From NCBI GenBank assembly GCA_964600985.1, contig CAZRJR010000001.1, forward strand, positions 1 to 43,318: 43,318 nt of DNA. Direction: 5' to 3'. Position numbers and translations under genes: made by a program. The stretch is from an uncultured Candidatus Saccharibacteria bacterium (GTDB taxonomy: Bacteria > Patescibacteriota > Saccharimonadia > CAILAD01 > JADZBC01). The notes beneath the pieces are model-generated. The model saw only the letters and a program-made list of their open reading frames with translations, made no database searches and was not told the DNA's origin. Below are positions 35,534 through 43,318 of this stretch, in pieces; the stretch's first letter is position 1; each line of letters starts with the position of its first letter.

Positions 35534-37051
35534 ATGGAACTCATTGTAATTGTGATCGCAGCGATCGTGGGCGCTGGCGCTGGTTTTGAAACAAAGACTC
35601 TTTTAGCTAAACAAAGGAGTGACAAAGCCGAAGCAAAAAGTAAGAAGCTGGTTGACGACGCCAGGGCTGAAGCCAAGGAAGTTGTGCTCAAGGCCAAAGA
35701 AGATGCCATTAAGTTGGCAGAGGCTGCAAAATCAGAGGATAGTGCACGGCGCAAACGTCTCGACGAGCAAGAGCAACGCTTGCATCAACGCGAGTCACAT
35801 CTAGACAGTAAGCTCGAAAACTTAGAACGCAAGACCGACGCTCTAGCTGAGAGTGAAGCCGACATAGCCGCTATTAAAGAAGAGCTCAAGGCAATTCGTG
35901 CACGTCAGCAAGAAAACCTTGAGAAGATCGCCAGGCTGAGTCGCGACGAAGCCCGCGATAAGCTCTTGCAAATGACCGAAAAGGACATGAGGGCTGACAT
36001 GGTTAGCTATATTGCTAAGCGCCAAGACGAAGCCCGCGAAAAGGCCGACGCTATGGCTCGTGAGATTATGGCTGATGCGATGGCGCGTCTGGCAACCGAG
36101 GCATCCGGCGAACGAACTATTACGACTGTGAAGATTCCCGATGATGACATGAAGGGTCGGATCATTGGCAAAGAAGGCCGTAATATTCAGGCTCTAGAGC
36201 GTGCCACCGGGGTCGATGTGCTGGTGGATGAAACACCAGGTGTGGTAGTGCTTTCCAGCTTCGATCCTATTCGCAGACAGATAGCCAGGGTAGCAATCGA
36301 GCAGTTGGTGTCGGACGGACGAATCCACCCGGCTCGAATTGAAGAAGTAGTGCAAAAGGCCGAAAAGGAAATTGATGCCGAAATCAAGAAGGCCGGCGAG
36401 GATGCCGCAAGAGAGGCCAAGGTATTGGGTTTACCACCCGAGATTAATAAGACCATGGGAATGCTCAAATTCCGCACGAGTTATTCGCAGAATGTACTGC
36501 ACCATAGTATAGAAATGGCTCACTTGGCTGCTATGATTGCAAGCGAGATTGGTGCAAACCCACAAGTAGCGCGGGCTGCTGCTTATCTCCATGACCTCGG
36601 TAAGGCAGTTACGCACGAAGTTGACGGTAACCACCACCACATTACAGGTGAAATGTGCCGTAAGTATGGTCTGGACGAAGCCATTTGTCACGCGGCCGAA
36701 GCACACCACGACGATATTGAGGCGACTACTCCTGAGGCCATGATTGTGCGAGCGGTAGATGGCCTAAGCGGCGGTCGACCAGGCGCGCGCGGTGATACGC
36801 TCGAACGCTTTGCAGATCGCATGAAAGACCTTGAGAATCTAGCCAAGACATTCCCAGGAATTCAGAAAACGTTTGCCATGAGCGCTGGGCGTGAAATTCG
36901 AATATTTGTGAGACCAAGCGAAGTTGACGACCTAAGCGCCATTAAGCTCGCCCGCGATATTGCCAATAAGGTTGAGGCTACGCTAAAATATCCAGGCACT
37001 ATTAAAGTTAATGTAATCCGCGAAACACGAGCAGAGGAGTATGCCAAATGA
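35534..37051 (+). CDS. rny: Ribonuclease Y
   Basis: It has an N-terminal TM segment and a coiled coil. The KH domain is GRIIGKEGRNIQALE and the HD domain is HSIEMAHLAA...LHDLGKA. Confidence 0.95.
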   Translation: MELIVIVIAAIVGAGAGFETKTLLAKQRSDKAEAKSKKLVDDARAEAKEVVLKAKEDAIKLAEAAKSEDSARRKRLDEQEQRLHQRESHLDSKLENLERKTDALAESEADIAAIKEELKAIRARQQENLEKIARLSRDEARDKLLQMTEKDMRADMVSYIAKRQDEAREKADAMAREIMADAMARLATEASGERTITTVKIPDDDMKGRIIGKEGRNIQALERATGVDVLVDETPGVVVLSSFDPIRRQIARVAIEQLVSDGRIHPARIEEVVQKAEKEIDAEIKKAGEDAAREAKVLGLPPEINKTMGMLKFRTSYSQNVLHHSIEMAHLAAMIASEIGANPQVARAAAYLHDLGKAVTHEVDGNHHHITGEMCRKYGLDEAICHAAEAHHDDIEATTPEAMIVRAVDGLSGGRPGARGDTLERFADRMKDLENLAKTFPGIQKTFAMSAGREIRIFVRPSEVDDLSAIKLARDIANKVEATLKYPGTIKVNVIRETRAEEYAK

Positions 37052-37365
37052 GCCCAACAGCAAGCAGCAAACAGTCCGGCATGAGCCGTAAAGAAATTGT
37101 ACAAATCCTCGCACGCAAGAACGGTCTTACCAAACGTTCAACTGCCGAAGTGCTCAGTAGTCTCGAGCTATTAATTGCAGACGAGATATTGGCTGGCCGA
37201 ACTGTTACACTAACTGGCTTCGGTACGTTTTATGCTGCTACGCGCCAGGCACGTCGTGGCATTAATCCAAACACCATGGAGTCACTCGACATTCCTGGTA
37301 TGTTGACACCACGGTTCCGTGCTGGCTCTACACTCAAGGCCCGCCTACGCGGCAGCACAAAGTAG
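37048..37365 (+). CDS. hup: HU/IHF-family DNA-binding protein
   Basis: The sequence reads KEIVQILARKNGLTK...GFGTFYAATRQARRGINPNTMESLDIPGMLTPRFRAGSTLK. The start is ATG 37048 or ATG 37081. Confidence 0.85.
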   Translation: MSPTASSKQSGMSRKEIVQILARKNGLTKRSTAEVLSSLELLIADEILAGRTVTLTGFGTFYAATRQARRGINPNTMESLDIPGMLTPRFRAGSTLKARLRGSTK

Positions 37366-37372
37366 CGTAGGC

Positions 37373-38479
37373 ATGGTGGATCGCTTGAATCAAGCACTTC
37401 CCAGGGTCAAACGTGATCTTACACTCGATATTTTACGCGGCTACTTCTTATTTGTAATCATCATTGACCATCTAGGTAGCTTCCCCTCGCTCTTTGAGCC
37501 ACTGACTGGCGGCGGTATGTTGCTGGTCTCGGCTGCAGAGGGCTTCTTTTTTCTCTCAGGTCTGCTCGTAGGTCGGCTACGTGGCAATGACGTGCGGCAC
37601 GGTCACATGGCAAAGGCTAATAGATGGCTCCTGCATCGTGCGGCGGTGCTTTATAGCATAAGCGTTGTGCTGACCCTCAGCTTTACCTTGGTGGCTCGAA
37701 GCCTTAACTACTTCCCGCGCGTTACGTTGGGCGTAAGTCACGCTGGCTGGCTGGAGACTATTCTGCGTACAATTACGTTCCAGTACAGCTTTGGCTTGGC
37801 CGATATGCTACCTCTCTATGCTGTCTACATGCTTATTTCTATTGGAGCACTTTACTGGTTGGCCAAGGGCAAGTGGCGTGCGGTTCTGGTAGTATCTTTT
37901 ATAGTATGGGCCCTTAGCCTTGCATTAGCAGCGCCCTTTCGTCCGATTGGTACATATTTTTCAGCTACATCTTGGCAGCTTCTGTTCTTTGGTGGGCTCG
38001 TCTTAGGTTATCATAATCAGGCAGTACAGGATTGGTGGACAGGCCTGGGCCGAAGATTGCGTTTACAAATATTGAGCTTGGTTGCTACTGTGGCGGTTGC
38101 CGGCATAGCGCTGAGTTGGGCATTGCGACTTGTACGCGGGTTGTACGATAACTATAAGTTTTTCTTAGAACCAAGCTTTGATACTATTAAGCTTGGACCA
38201 GGCAGAGTTTTACTCTTTGCAGCCTGCATCGTGGTGGCGTATCACGGCGTAAAACACTTCGAAGCTACCATTAATCGCTGGGTGGGATGGTTCTTTGTCC
38301 CACTTGGTCAGCACTCATTGTTTGTCTACACGCTTCATAGTTTGCTAGTGTTTGGGTTTATTGGTCATCCTGTTAAGCAATTCTGGCCAGCGACGTTTCT
38401 TGGTTTAGGAATGGTAACGCTTATATACGGTATAACACTTCTATATAGCAAAGTCCCTTCCAAACATAAGTACTTATAG
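37373..38479 (+). CDS. OpgC-like / acyltransferase-3-like polytopic membrane protein
   Basis: The N-terminal motif is RDLTLDILRGYFLFVIIIDHL, followed by about 10 TM segments. The start was trimmed to ATG 37373, after the hup stop. Confidence 0.6.
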   Translation: MVDRLNQALPRVKRDLTLDILRGYFLFVIIIDHLGSFPSLFEPLTGGGMLLVSAAEGFFFLSGLLVGRLRGNDVRHGHMAKANRWLLHRAAVLYSISVVLTLSFTLVARSLNYFPRVTLGVSHAGWLETILRTITFQYSFGLADMLPLYAVYMLISIGALYWLAKGKWRAVLVVSFIVWALSLALAAPFRPIGTYFSATSWQLLFFGGLVLGYHNQAVQDWWTGLGRRLRLQILSLVATVAVAGIALSWALRLVRGLYDNYKFFLEPSFDTIKLGPGRVLLFAACIVVAYHGVKHFEATINRWVGWFFVPLGQHSLFVYTLHSLLVFGFIGHPVKQFWPATFLGLGMVTLIYGITLLYSKVPSKHKYL

Positions 38480-38492
38480 CTATAATCACTGT

Positions 38493-39827
38493 ATGGAAGA
38501 ACAGGCCAAAAAGGTCCAGCAAGTTGTCGAGAAGGAGGTGATCAAAGAACTCACGCCCAGTCGCTGGGTTAAGTTTGTACGACACCTTGGGCCTGGACTC
38601 GTAACTGGTGCTGCCGATGACGACCCCTCGGGTATAGGCACATACACACAGGTGGGTTCCGCATTTGGCTACTCACTTGCTTGGATGATGCCTTTCATGC
38701 TACCAATGATGATCGCGGTCCAAGAAATGGCTGGCCGCATAGGATTGGTAACGGGTCGCGGCCTCGCGTCCGTTATGAAGGAGAACTACAGTCGCTGGTT
38801 CCTCTATGCCGCAGTGTTCTTTTTGGTGTTTGCCAACACGGTTAATATAGGTGCCGACATTGGTGCGATGGCGGCTTCGGCTCAACTACTTATTAATCTC
38901 CCGTTTGTGTGGTGGACACTATTCTTTACTCTTGCCATTGTGCTCTTAGAATTGATTGTTCCATACAGGCAGTATGCGAAAATTCTTAAATGGCTTTGTC
39001 TCTCCCTGTTTGCCTACGTAATTACAGCATTTATGGTAAATATGCCTTGGCGTGATGTATTGCATAAGACTCTTATTCCGCACTTCCAATTCGACCCTGC
39101 TTTTATCTTGGCAATCGTAGCTCTGCTCGGCACAACGATTTCTCCATACTTATTTTTTTGGGAGCCTAGTCATATAGTCGAGGAGCAAGTTGCGCATCGT
39201 TGGCGTAAAGAGGGTGACGGTGCACCACTCGTGACCGACCACCGCATCAAAGATTTTCGTAAAGACAATGCTGCTGGTATGCTGCTTTCGCAAATCGTCG
39301 CCTTCTTTATTCTGATTACGGCGGCGGCCACCTTGCACGCCGCAGGTATATTTAATGTGTCGTCGGCCTCCGAAGCCGCCAAGGCACTAGAGCCACTCGT
39401 AAAGGGATTTCCTAACGCCGGGTTTGTCGCCAAGTTATTATTTGCATTGGGGATTATTGGCACTGGCATGCTAGCCATCCCTATACTGGCTGGCTCGGCC
39501 GGGTATGCGGTTAGTGAAGCACTTGATCTGAAAGAGGGATTATTCCGCAAGGTTTCTAAAGCCAAGGGGTTCTATGCGGTAATTGCTGGCTCTACGCTTA
39601 CTGGGCTACTTATTAACTTCGCTGGCATCGATCCAATCAAGGCCCTCTACTACGCCGCCATTATTAATGGGGTCATGGCCGTACCACTCATATTCGTAAT
39701 CATCCGCATTGGTAACAACAAAAAGATTATGGGTGAGCGCAAGAACTCTAAGCTTTCTAATGCAGTTGGTATATTTACGCTGGTAGTTATGCTGGCCGCA
39801 ACGCTTGGCATGGTGTTTGTACATTAG
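38493..39827 (+). CDS. mntH: NRAMP-family divalent metal transporter
   Basis: GPGLVTGAADDDPSGIGTYTQVGSAFGY is present, with 11 or more TM segments. A TATAAT box (38481-38486) ends 6 nt before the ATG. Confidence 0.8.
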   Translation: MEEQAKKVQQVVEKEVIKELTPSRWVKFVRHLGPGLVTGAADDDPSGIGTYTQVGSAFGYSLAWMMPFMLPMMIAVQEMAGRIGLVTGRGLASVMKENYSRWFLYAAVFFLVFANTVNIGADIGAMAASAQLLINLPFVWWTLFFTLAIVLLELIVPYRQYAKILKWLCLSLFAYVITAFMVNMPWRDVLHKTLIPHFQFDPAFILAIVALLGTTISPYLFFWEPSHIVEEQVAHRWRKEGDGAPLVTDHRIKDFRKDNAAGMLLSQIVAFFILITAAATLHAAGIFNVSSASEAAKALEPLVKGFPNAGFVAKLLFALGIIGTGMLAIPILAGSAGYAVSEALDLKEGLFRKVSKAKGFYAVIAGSTLTGLLINFAGIDPIKALYYAAIINGVMAVPLIFVIIRIGNNKKIMGERKNSKLSNAVGIFTLVVMLAATLGMVFVH

Positions 39828-39860
39828 AAGCTAGCCTCGAGTCAGTAACTAGCCAAAGTT

Positions 39861-39889
39861 TTGCAATATACTTATGCTCGGATTATAAT
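39861..39889 (+). promoter_or_regulatory. Near-consensus promoter TTGCAA-N17-TATAAT
   Basis: The hexamers lie at 39861-39866 and 39884-39889. Confidence 0.6.
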
Positions 39890-39895
39890 CAAAGT

Positions 39896-39976
39896 ATGAT
39901 ACTAAGTCACAAGCTCACAACCTGGTCGTCATTTATTTCCTACTCACCAGTAAACGGATCGAGGAGCCAGGGTTAG
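39896..39976 (+). other. Leaderless 26-codon ORF (MILSHKLTTWSSFISYSPVNGSRSQG) or about 130-nt sRNA
   Basis: The ATG lies exactly 6 nt after the -10 box, as at nine annotated genes in this window. The unit ends at a strong terminator. Confidence 0.35.
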
Positions 39977-39998
39977 ATTAGTCCAAAAGTTATCTTCT

Positions 39999-40030
39999 AA
40001 AACTGCCTTCTCGGGCAGTTTTTTTGTTTT
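39999..40030 (+). terminator. Intrinsic terminator
   Basis: The hairpin AACTGCC-ttctcg-GGCAGTT is followed by a T-run (TTTTTTTGTTTT). Confidence 0.75.
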
Positions 40031-40083
40031 AGTTAATTTGTCCGAGAGTACCTACAAATCCAAATACGTTCTAGGAGGCAGTT

Positions 40084-40317
40084 GTGGTTGTGTTGCTCGA
40101 ATACTTCAATGCTCACCCGGTAGGCGTTTGCGAGCACAGGGTGCGTTTGTGCCCGGTGTGTGGCCGACCGTTCGAGGAGGGTCAGGTGAAGCTCGGTTAC
40201 TTCGATCGAGCTACCAGTGGCTACTACGAAGTCCACGACGGCTGTGAGGTCGGCTTGCCGAGCTTTATTGAGAACCAGGAGGTGGACTGTGACGGAGATC
40301 TTTCGTTCGCATGTTGA
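40084..40317 (+). CDS. Small Cys/His-rich protein (77 aa), putative zinc-binding
   Basis: An AGGAGG SD lies 5 nt before GTG 40084. CPVCGRPF and HDGC motifs are present. The gene is GC-rich relative to its flanks. Confidence 0.5.
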   Translation: MVVLLEYFNAHPVGVCEHRVRLCPVCGRPFEEGQVKLGYFDRATSGYYEVHDGCEVGLPSFIENQEVDCDGDLSFAC

Positions 40318-40921
40318 TTTTCAGGAGCTCCTTGGTGAAGTCGCACGTCGAGGCTTTGCGTTTGAGGCCGAAGGAGTTTGTCTGGATTTCTGTCGAGAAC
40401 TTGTCGAATCTGTCGACTCAGTTGAGCTGACGCGCTACTTCAGACAGACCGATAGCATCTGTGTGAAGACCGAGGCGTTGGTGTTGCGGACGGATCAGGA
40501 CATCATTCCTGTTCCAATCCGATTGCTGTACGAAAAGGTCACGCAGCGAGTGAGGATGTCGGCGCCGCGGTGCAAGCCGAGCCTCAAGCAATGGCTACCA
40601 AACGAGATTACCATACAGCGATTCAGTGAGCATGATGATCAAATATCGCGACATCAGGATTTTTCGCCTGATCGTGAGCTGATCATCATCTTTACCATCG
40701 AGGGCGCAGGGCCGTTTAGGATGTATGAGGCGAGGCACAGTGCTGAGCCCACGCACGCATTCGAGACGGCATCGGGCAGCATAGGCCTGCTCATTGCACC
40801 TGCACTAGATGGCGCAGATCATAGGGTCGACATTCGTCCAGTCCACTCTGCAGATCCAGCTCACGTGCTGCCCCGCACTACCATTACCTTTCGGATGGTA
40901 GTGGGGAGTAAGCCAGGGTGA
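40289..40921 (+). CDS. AlkB-like Fe(II)/2-oxoglutarate dioxygenase (210 aa)
   Basis: An AGGAGG SD lies 7 nt before GTG 40289. PNEITIQRFSEHDDQISRHQDF compares with E. coli AlkB PDACLINRYAPGAKLSLHQDK. A distal His lies in IRPVHSA, and RTTITFR compares with RYNLTFR. It overlaps the upstream ORF by 29 nt. Confidence 0.55.
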   Translation: MTEIFRSHVDFQELLGEVARRGFAFEAEGVCLDFCRELVESVDSVELTRYFRQTDSICVKTEALVLRTDQDIIPVPIRLLYEKVTQRVRMSAPRCKPSLKQWLPNEITIQRFSEHDDQISRHQDFSPDRELIIIFTIEGAGPFRMYEARHSAEPTHAFETASGSIGLLIAPALDGADHRVDIRPVHSADPAHVLPRTTITFRMVVGSKPG

Positions 40922-40942
40922 GCATGAACGTATCCGAACTAA

Positions 40943-40972
40943 GAACCCCCGTGGCATGTGCTGCGGGGGTTC
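40943..40972 (+). terminator. Stem-loop closing the GC-rich islet (no T-run)
   Basis: The hairpin is GAACCCCCG-N12-CGGGGGTTC, with a 9-bp stem. Confidence 0.35.
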
Positions 40973-40985
40973 ATAACGTGGTACC

Positions 40986-42752
40986 ATGAGTCTTATGAAG
41001 TTCAAGCAGGGGTGGGATAATTGGGCTTTCCCAGTCATAGGGGTGGGTTATGGAGTTATGGCGCTAGCCGATTATTACTTCCTCGGTTTTTCGTGGCACA
41101 TGTTTGGACTCTGGCTTGGTAGTATTGGGATTTTTGGTTGGCATTTCTTTGCAGTGAGACAAGTTGGGTGGGCTAAACCGAATGTTACTCGGCTGGATTT
41201 TGCAGTAATACTTGGACTTATTTTGGCTTTCGTGCCACTCTACTTGTGGCGTTTACATCAGTTACCCGTACAAGTTAATACCGACGAGATCATCCTTATG
41301 GGATATTTTCAACGGCTCGCACATGCTGCGTGGGTTGATCCTTTTAGTATTATGGGTGACTACTTTGGCTTACCTTCGGGCATCTTTGTGGTTTTTGGTA
41401 AATTAATAGGTCTTTTGGGAGGCATAACCCTATACCATACTCGCATCATTCACGCGCTGTCTGGGCTGGCCATAATTGCAGCGGGTTTTTGCTTGTTTCG
41501 GCAGCTTTTAAGTAGATGGTGGGCAATAGTTGCGACAATCGTGATGGGGGTAAATCACTCACTGGTTATGATTAGCCGTATGGCTATGCGTGACAACACA
41601 GGCTTATTAGTTGAGCTGCTAGCACTTAACTTCTTGGTGTTTGGCTTGAGGCGTCGAAGTCTGTTTTGGACCTTTGTAGGTGGAGCAGTCGCTGGGTTAT
41701 CTGTTTACACTTACTACCCGGTCAGAATATTACTGCCGTTATGGTTACTCATGCTTAGCATAGATTGGCTTGCTCGCAAGTCGCAGCGCTCAATTCGTGA
41801 AATTGCAGCAATGGCTGGTGTTACAATTCTTGGCTGGTTCCTAGTGGCTGCACCCGGTTTAGTCTCGAGCATAGGCTCATTCAGCCTAACTATGCCGTTC
41901 CAGCGTGAACAATTCTTGTTTACTCATGAAGGTCGCCAGGCGCAAATGCAATGGGTGGGAGCTAACACCGAGACCGAAGGTATACGCAGGAACATTATAC
42001 AAGGGCTCGGTGTGTTTAATGCTCAGACGGTTGACCATGGCTGGATCTATCCAAACTACGGCCACGGCTTCGTCGATCCAATAACTGGCTGTCTTGTTTG
42101 GGTTGGATTGATAGCATCGTTGGTATGTATAGTACGCCGGCGTGGTTCGCCGGGGGACACAATCGGCGTGGTTGGCCTGCTTGCACTTTTGTTCTCATTT
42201 TCGTTTGTAATCACTAAAGCCCCAGATTATACACGCCTACTTATTATCTTGCCATTCGTGGCTTATTTGGTGGCAAGGGGACTCATGGCCCTCTATGGCT
42301 TATTGCCTAAGCGCTGGGCTAGTGCGGGTAGTGTCGGCGTTACTCTAGCAGTCGGAATTATAGTTGTGGCGAATTTGCTCATTGCCCGCGACTTTGTGGT
42401 AGCTGGTCAGCGCAATGGTAATAACGTAGGCTCTACACTACGTTATGTAGAGGGTTTGCCGCACAAGCCGGATTACACTCTCCTGCTAGCCGCCGATAAT
42501 ACACATCCATACTATAGCTGGGGTAACGAAAGCGCGTGGCTGAGTTGGCTGAGCTTTGGTAATCAGGAAGCTCGTGCAAGGGTAGTAATGCCAAGCCGGC
42601 TACTAGATACTTTGCCACCAAGCCACTTTAGTATATTTATGAATCAATTAGTTTGGTTGCAAAATGGCCGTATATTGTACAGCATATACCCACAAGGGAA
42701 GCTTACTCAGCTGACTTCTGCTCCAATTCTCTATGTGTTTACTGTTAAGTAG
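40986..42752 (+). CDS. GT-C fold glycosyltransferase (family 39 / ArnT-PMT-like)
   Basis: It encodes 588 aa with about 12 TM segments. An acidic first-loop motif (VNTDEII) is present, and there is a large C-terminal extracytoplasmic domain. Confidence 0.6.
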   Translation: MSLMKFKQGWDNWAFPVIGVGYGVMALADYYFLGFSWHMFGLWLGSIGIFGWHFFAVRQVGWAKPNVTRLDFAVILGLILAFVPLYLWRLHQLPVQVNTDEIILMGYFQRLAHAAWVDPFSIMGDYFGLPSGIFVVFGKLIGLLGGITLYHTRIIHALSGLAIIAAGFCLFRQLLSRWWAIVATIVMGVNHSLVMISRMAMRDNTGLLVELLALNFLVFGLRRRSLFWTFVGGAVAGLSVYTYYPVRILLPLWLLMLSIDWLARKSQRSIREIAAMAGVTILGWFLVAAPGLVSSIGSFSLTMPFQREQFLFTHEGRQAQMQWVGANTETEGIRRNIIQGLGVFNAQTVDHGWIYPNYGHGFVDPITGCLVWVGLIASLVCIVRRRGSPGDTIGVVGLLALLFSFSFVITKAPDYTRLLIILPFVAYLVARGLMALYGLLPKRWASAGSVGVTLAVGIIVVANLLIARDFVVAGQRNGNNVGSTLRYVEGLPHKPDYTLLLAADNTHPYYSWGNESAWLSWLSFGNQEARARVVMPSRLLDTLPPSHFSIFMNQLVWLQNGRILYSIYPQGKLTQLTSAPILYVFTVK

Positions 42753-42800
42753 TGGATACTCCTGGGTGTGCAAAATAGCCGTAATTGGCTCTTGCATAGT

Positions 42801-42831
42801 AAAGCAAAAACAGCCGCTTTAACGACTGTTT
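42801..42831 (-). terminator. Terminator of the minus-strand tRNA cluster
   Basis: On the minus strand the hairpin AAACAGTCG-ttaaag-CGGCTGTTT is followed by TTTGCTTT. Confidence 0.5.
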
Positions 42832-42839
42832 CTACACAA

Positions 42840-42917
42840 TGGGGTGAGTGATGGGTCTCGAACCCACGACCTCTTGGACCACAACCAAGCGCTCTAACCA
42901 ACTGAGCTACACCCACC
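42840..42917 (-). tRNA. tRNA-His (anticodon GTG) with encoded G-1 and CCA
   Basis: The minus strand reads G-GTGGGTG-TA-GCTC-AGTTGGTTA-GAGC-G-CTTGG-TTGTGGT-CCAAG-AGGTC-GTGGG-TTCGAGA-CCCAT-CACTCAC-C-CCA. Confidence 0.92.
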
Positions 42918-43034
42918 GTAATGTAATAAGCTGAGCACCGTGGAGGCCGCCACATAAGAGCCTAGGGCTCGCCGCATTGGTCGTCACAAGTGCTCATCTC
43001 GACTAAACCACGGCTTAAGCAAGATGAACATTCA

Positions 43035-43111
43035 TGGTGTCCCCGGTTGGATTTGAACCAACGACCTACAGCTTAGAAGGCTGTTGCTCTATCCAGCTGA
43101 GCTACGGGGAC
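43035..43111 (-). tRNA. tRNA-Arg (anticodon TCT), CCA encoded
   Basis: The minus strand reads GTCCCCG-TA-GCTC-AGCTGGATA-GAGC-A-ACAGC-CTTCTAA-GCTGT-AGGTC-GTTGG-TTCAAAT-CCAAC-CGGGGAC-A-CCA. Confidence 0.93.
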
Positions 43112-43134
43112 TTGGTGTAGGTCGGGGATAACTT

Positions 43135-43148
43135 TGGAGCGGGTAGCG
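43135..43148 (-). repeat. 14-nt direct repeat of the 3' end of the partial tRNA at the window edge
   Basis: TGGAGCGGGTAGCG at 43135-43148 is identical to 43302-43315. Confidence 0.7.
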
Positions 43149-43301
43149 TTGAAGGTAGCAAGCCACCTCTGCAACGTGCTTGGTGCCTATTCGAGCAAGC
43201 TCGGCTACCACGCTGCGCGCGTTGCTCCACCAAACCCTACGGGCTTAATACCTGGTATCTTTCCAGGAGCCAGCCTCTGACTTGCGTTAGGGTCTAGCTC
43301 C

Positions 43302-43318
43302 TGGAGCGGGTAGCGGGA
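43302..43318 (-). tRNA. 3' end of a tRNA truncated by the window edge (Gly-like acceptor, anticodon not visible)
   Basis: The minus strand reads ..TCCCGC-TACCCGC-T-CCA. A GCGGGTA acceptor with discriminator U is typical of tRNA-Gly. Confidence 0.45.

Noticed and set aside
42731-42955. A 74-aa minus-strand ORF.
   Set aside because: It is entirely explained by tRNA-His (42840-42917) and its flanks.
43134-43235. A plus-strand tRNA-like or 4.5S-like RNA ending GCTCCACCA.
   Set aside because: The termini pair (TGGAGC/GCTCCA), but there is no T-arm (no GTTC-type loop), no anticodon arm, no G3-U70 and no SRP motif. The ending is more simply the reverse complement context of the repeated tRNA 3' end.
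1-43318. CRISPR arrays, IS elements or transposases, integrases, rRNA genes, and reverse transcriptase/DGR components.
   Set aside because: I looked for regularly spaced direct repeats, terminal inverted repeats flanking a transposase-like ORF, and RT or integrase motifs. None were seen.

Overview
This is a gene-dense 43.3-kb window, mostly on the + strand, and no rRNA, CRISPR array, transposase or integrase was seen. The gene content suggests a reduced-genome, Gram-positive-type bacterium of the CPR/Patescibacteria kind, possibly Saccharibacteria-like. That call is an inference from content only: type IV pilin, lamin-tail-domain protein, ComEC without a nuclease domain, short TsaB, Cys-free J-protein. 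The housekeeping backbone reads tilS(partial)-ftsH, murJ, lepA, tatA-tatC, a CIRCE-controlled hrcA-grpE-dnaK-(2 inserted genes)-dnaJ operon, comEC, yebC, ruvCAB, tsaE-tsaB, rny, hup, an NRAMP transporter, a GT-C glycosyltransferase, tRNA-Lys, and a tRNA-(Gly?)-Arg-His cluster on the minus strand. The parts worth a second look are listed here. (1) A lower-GC block of three consecutive ATP-grasp ligases (19.7-24.1 kb), the first fused to a DTGA retropepsin-like RimB-type domain, lying next to a tRNA-Lys with a decayed partial tRNA copy. (2) A secreted-protein block after tatAC: a tiny RK-type Tat-signal protein, a phage tail-fibre-like repeat protein, and a three-gene locus laid out like Firmicute WxL/Csc cell-surface complexes. 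(3) A roughly 500-nt ORF-poor, GC-rich, hairpin-dense region after lepA that ends in tandem terminators; this is an unclassified candidate ncRNA. (4) A near-consensus promoter, 26-codon leaderless ORF and strong terminator, directly upstream of a GC-rich two-gene islet (Cys/His small protein plus AlkB-like dioxygenase). (5) A recurrent -10 hexamer + 6 nt + ATG arrangement at ten genes, implying widespread leaderless mRNAs. All product calls rest on motif recognition by eye, and no database search was run.
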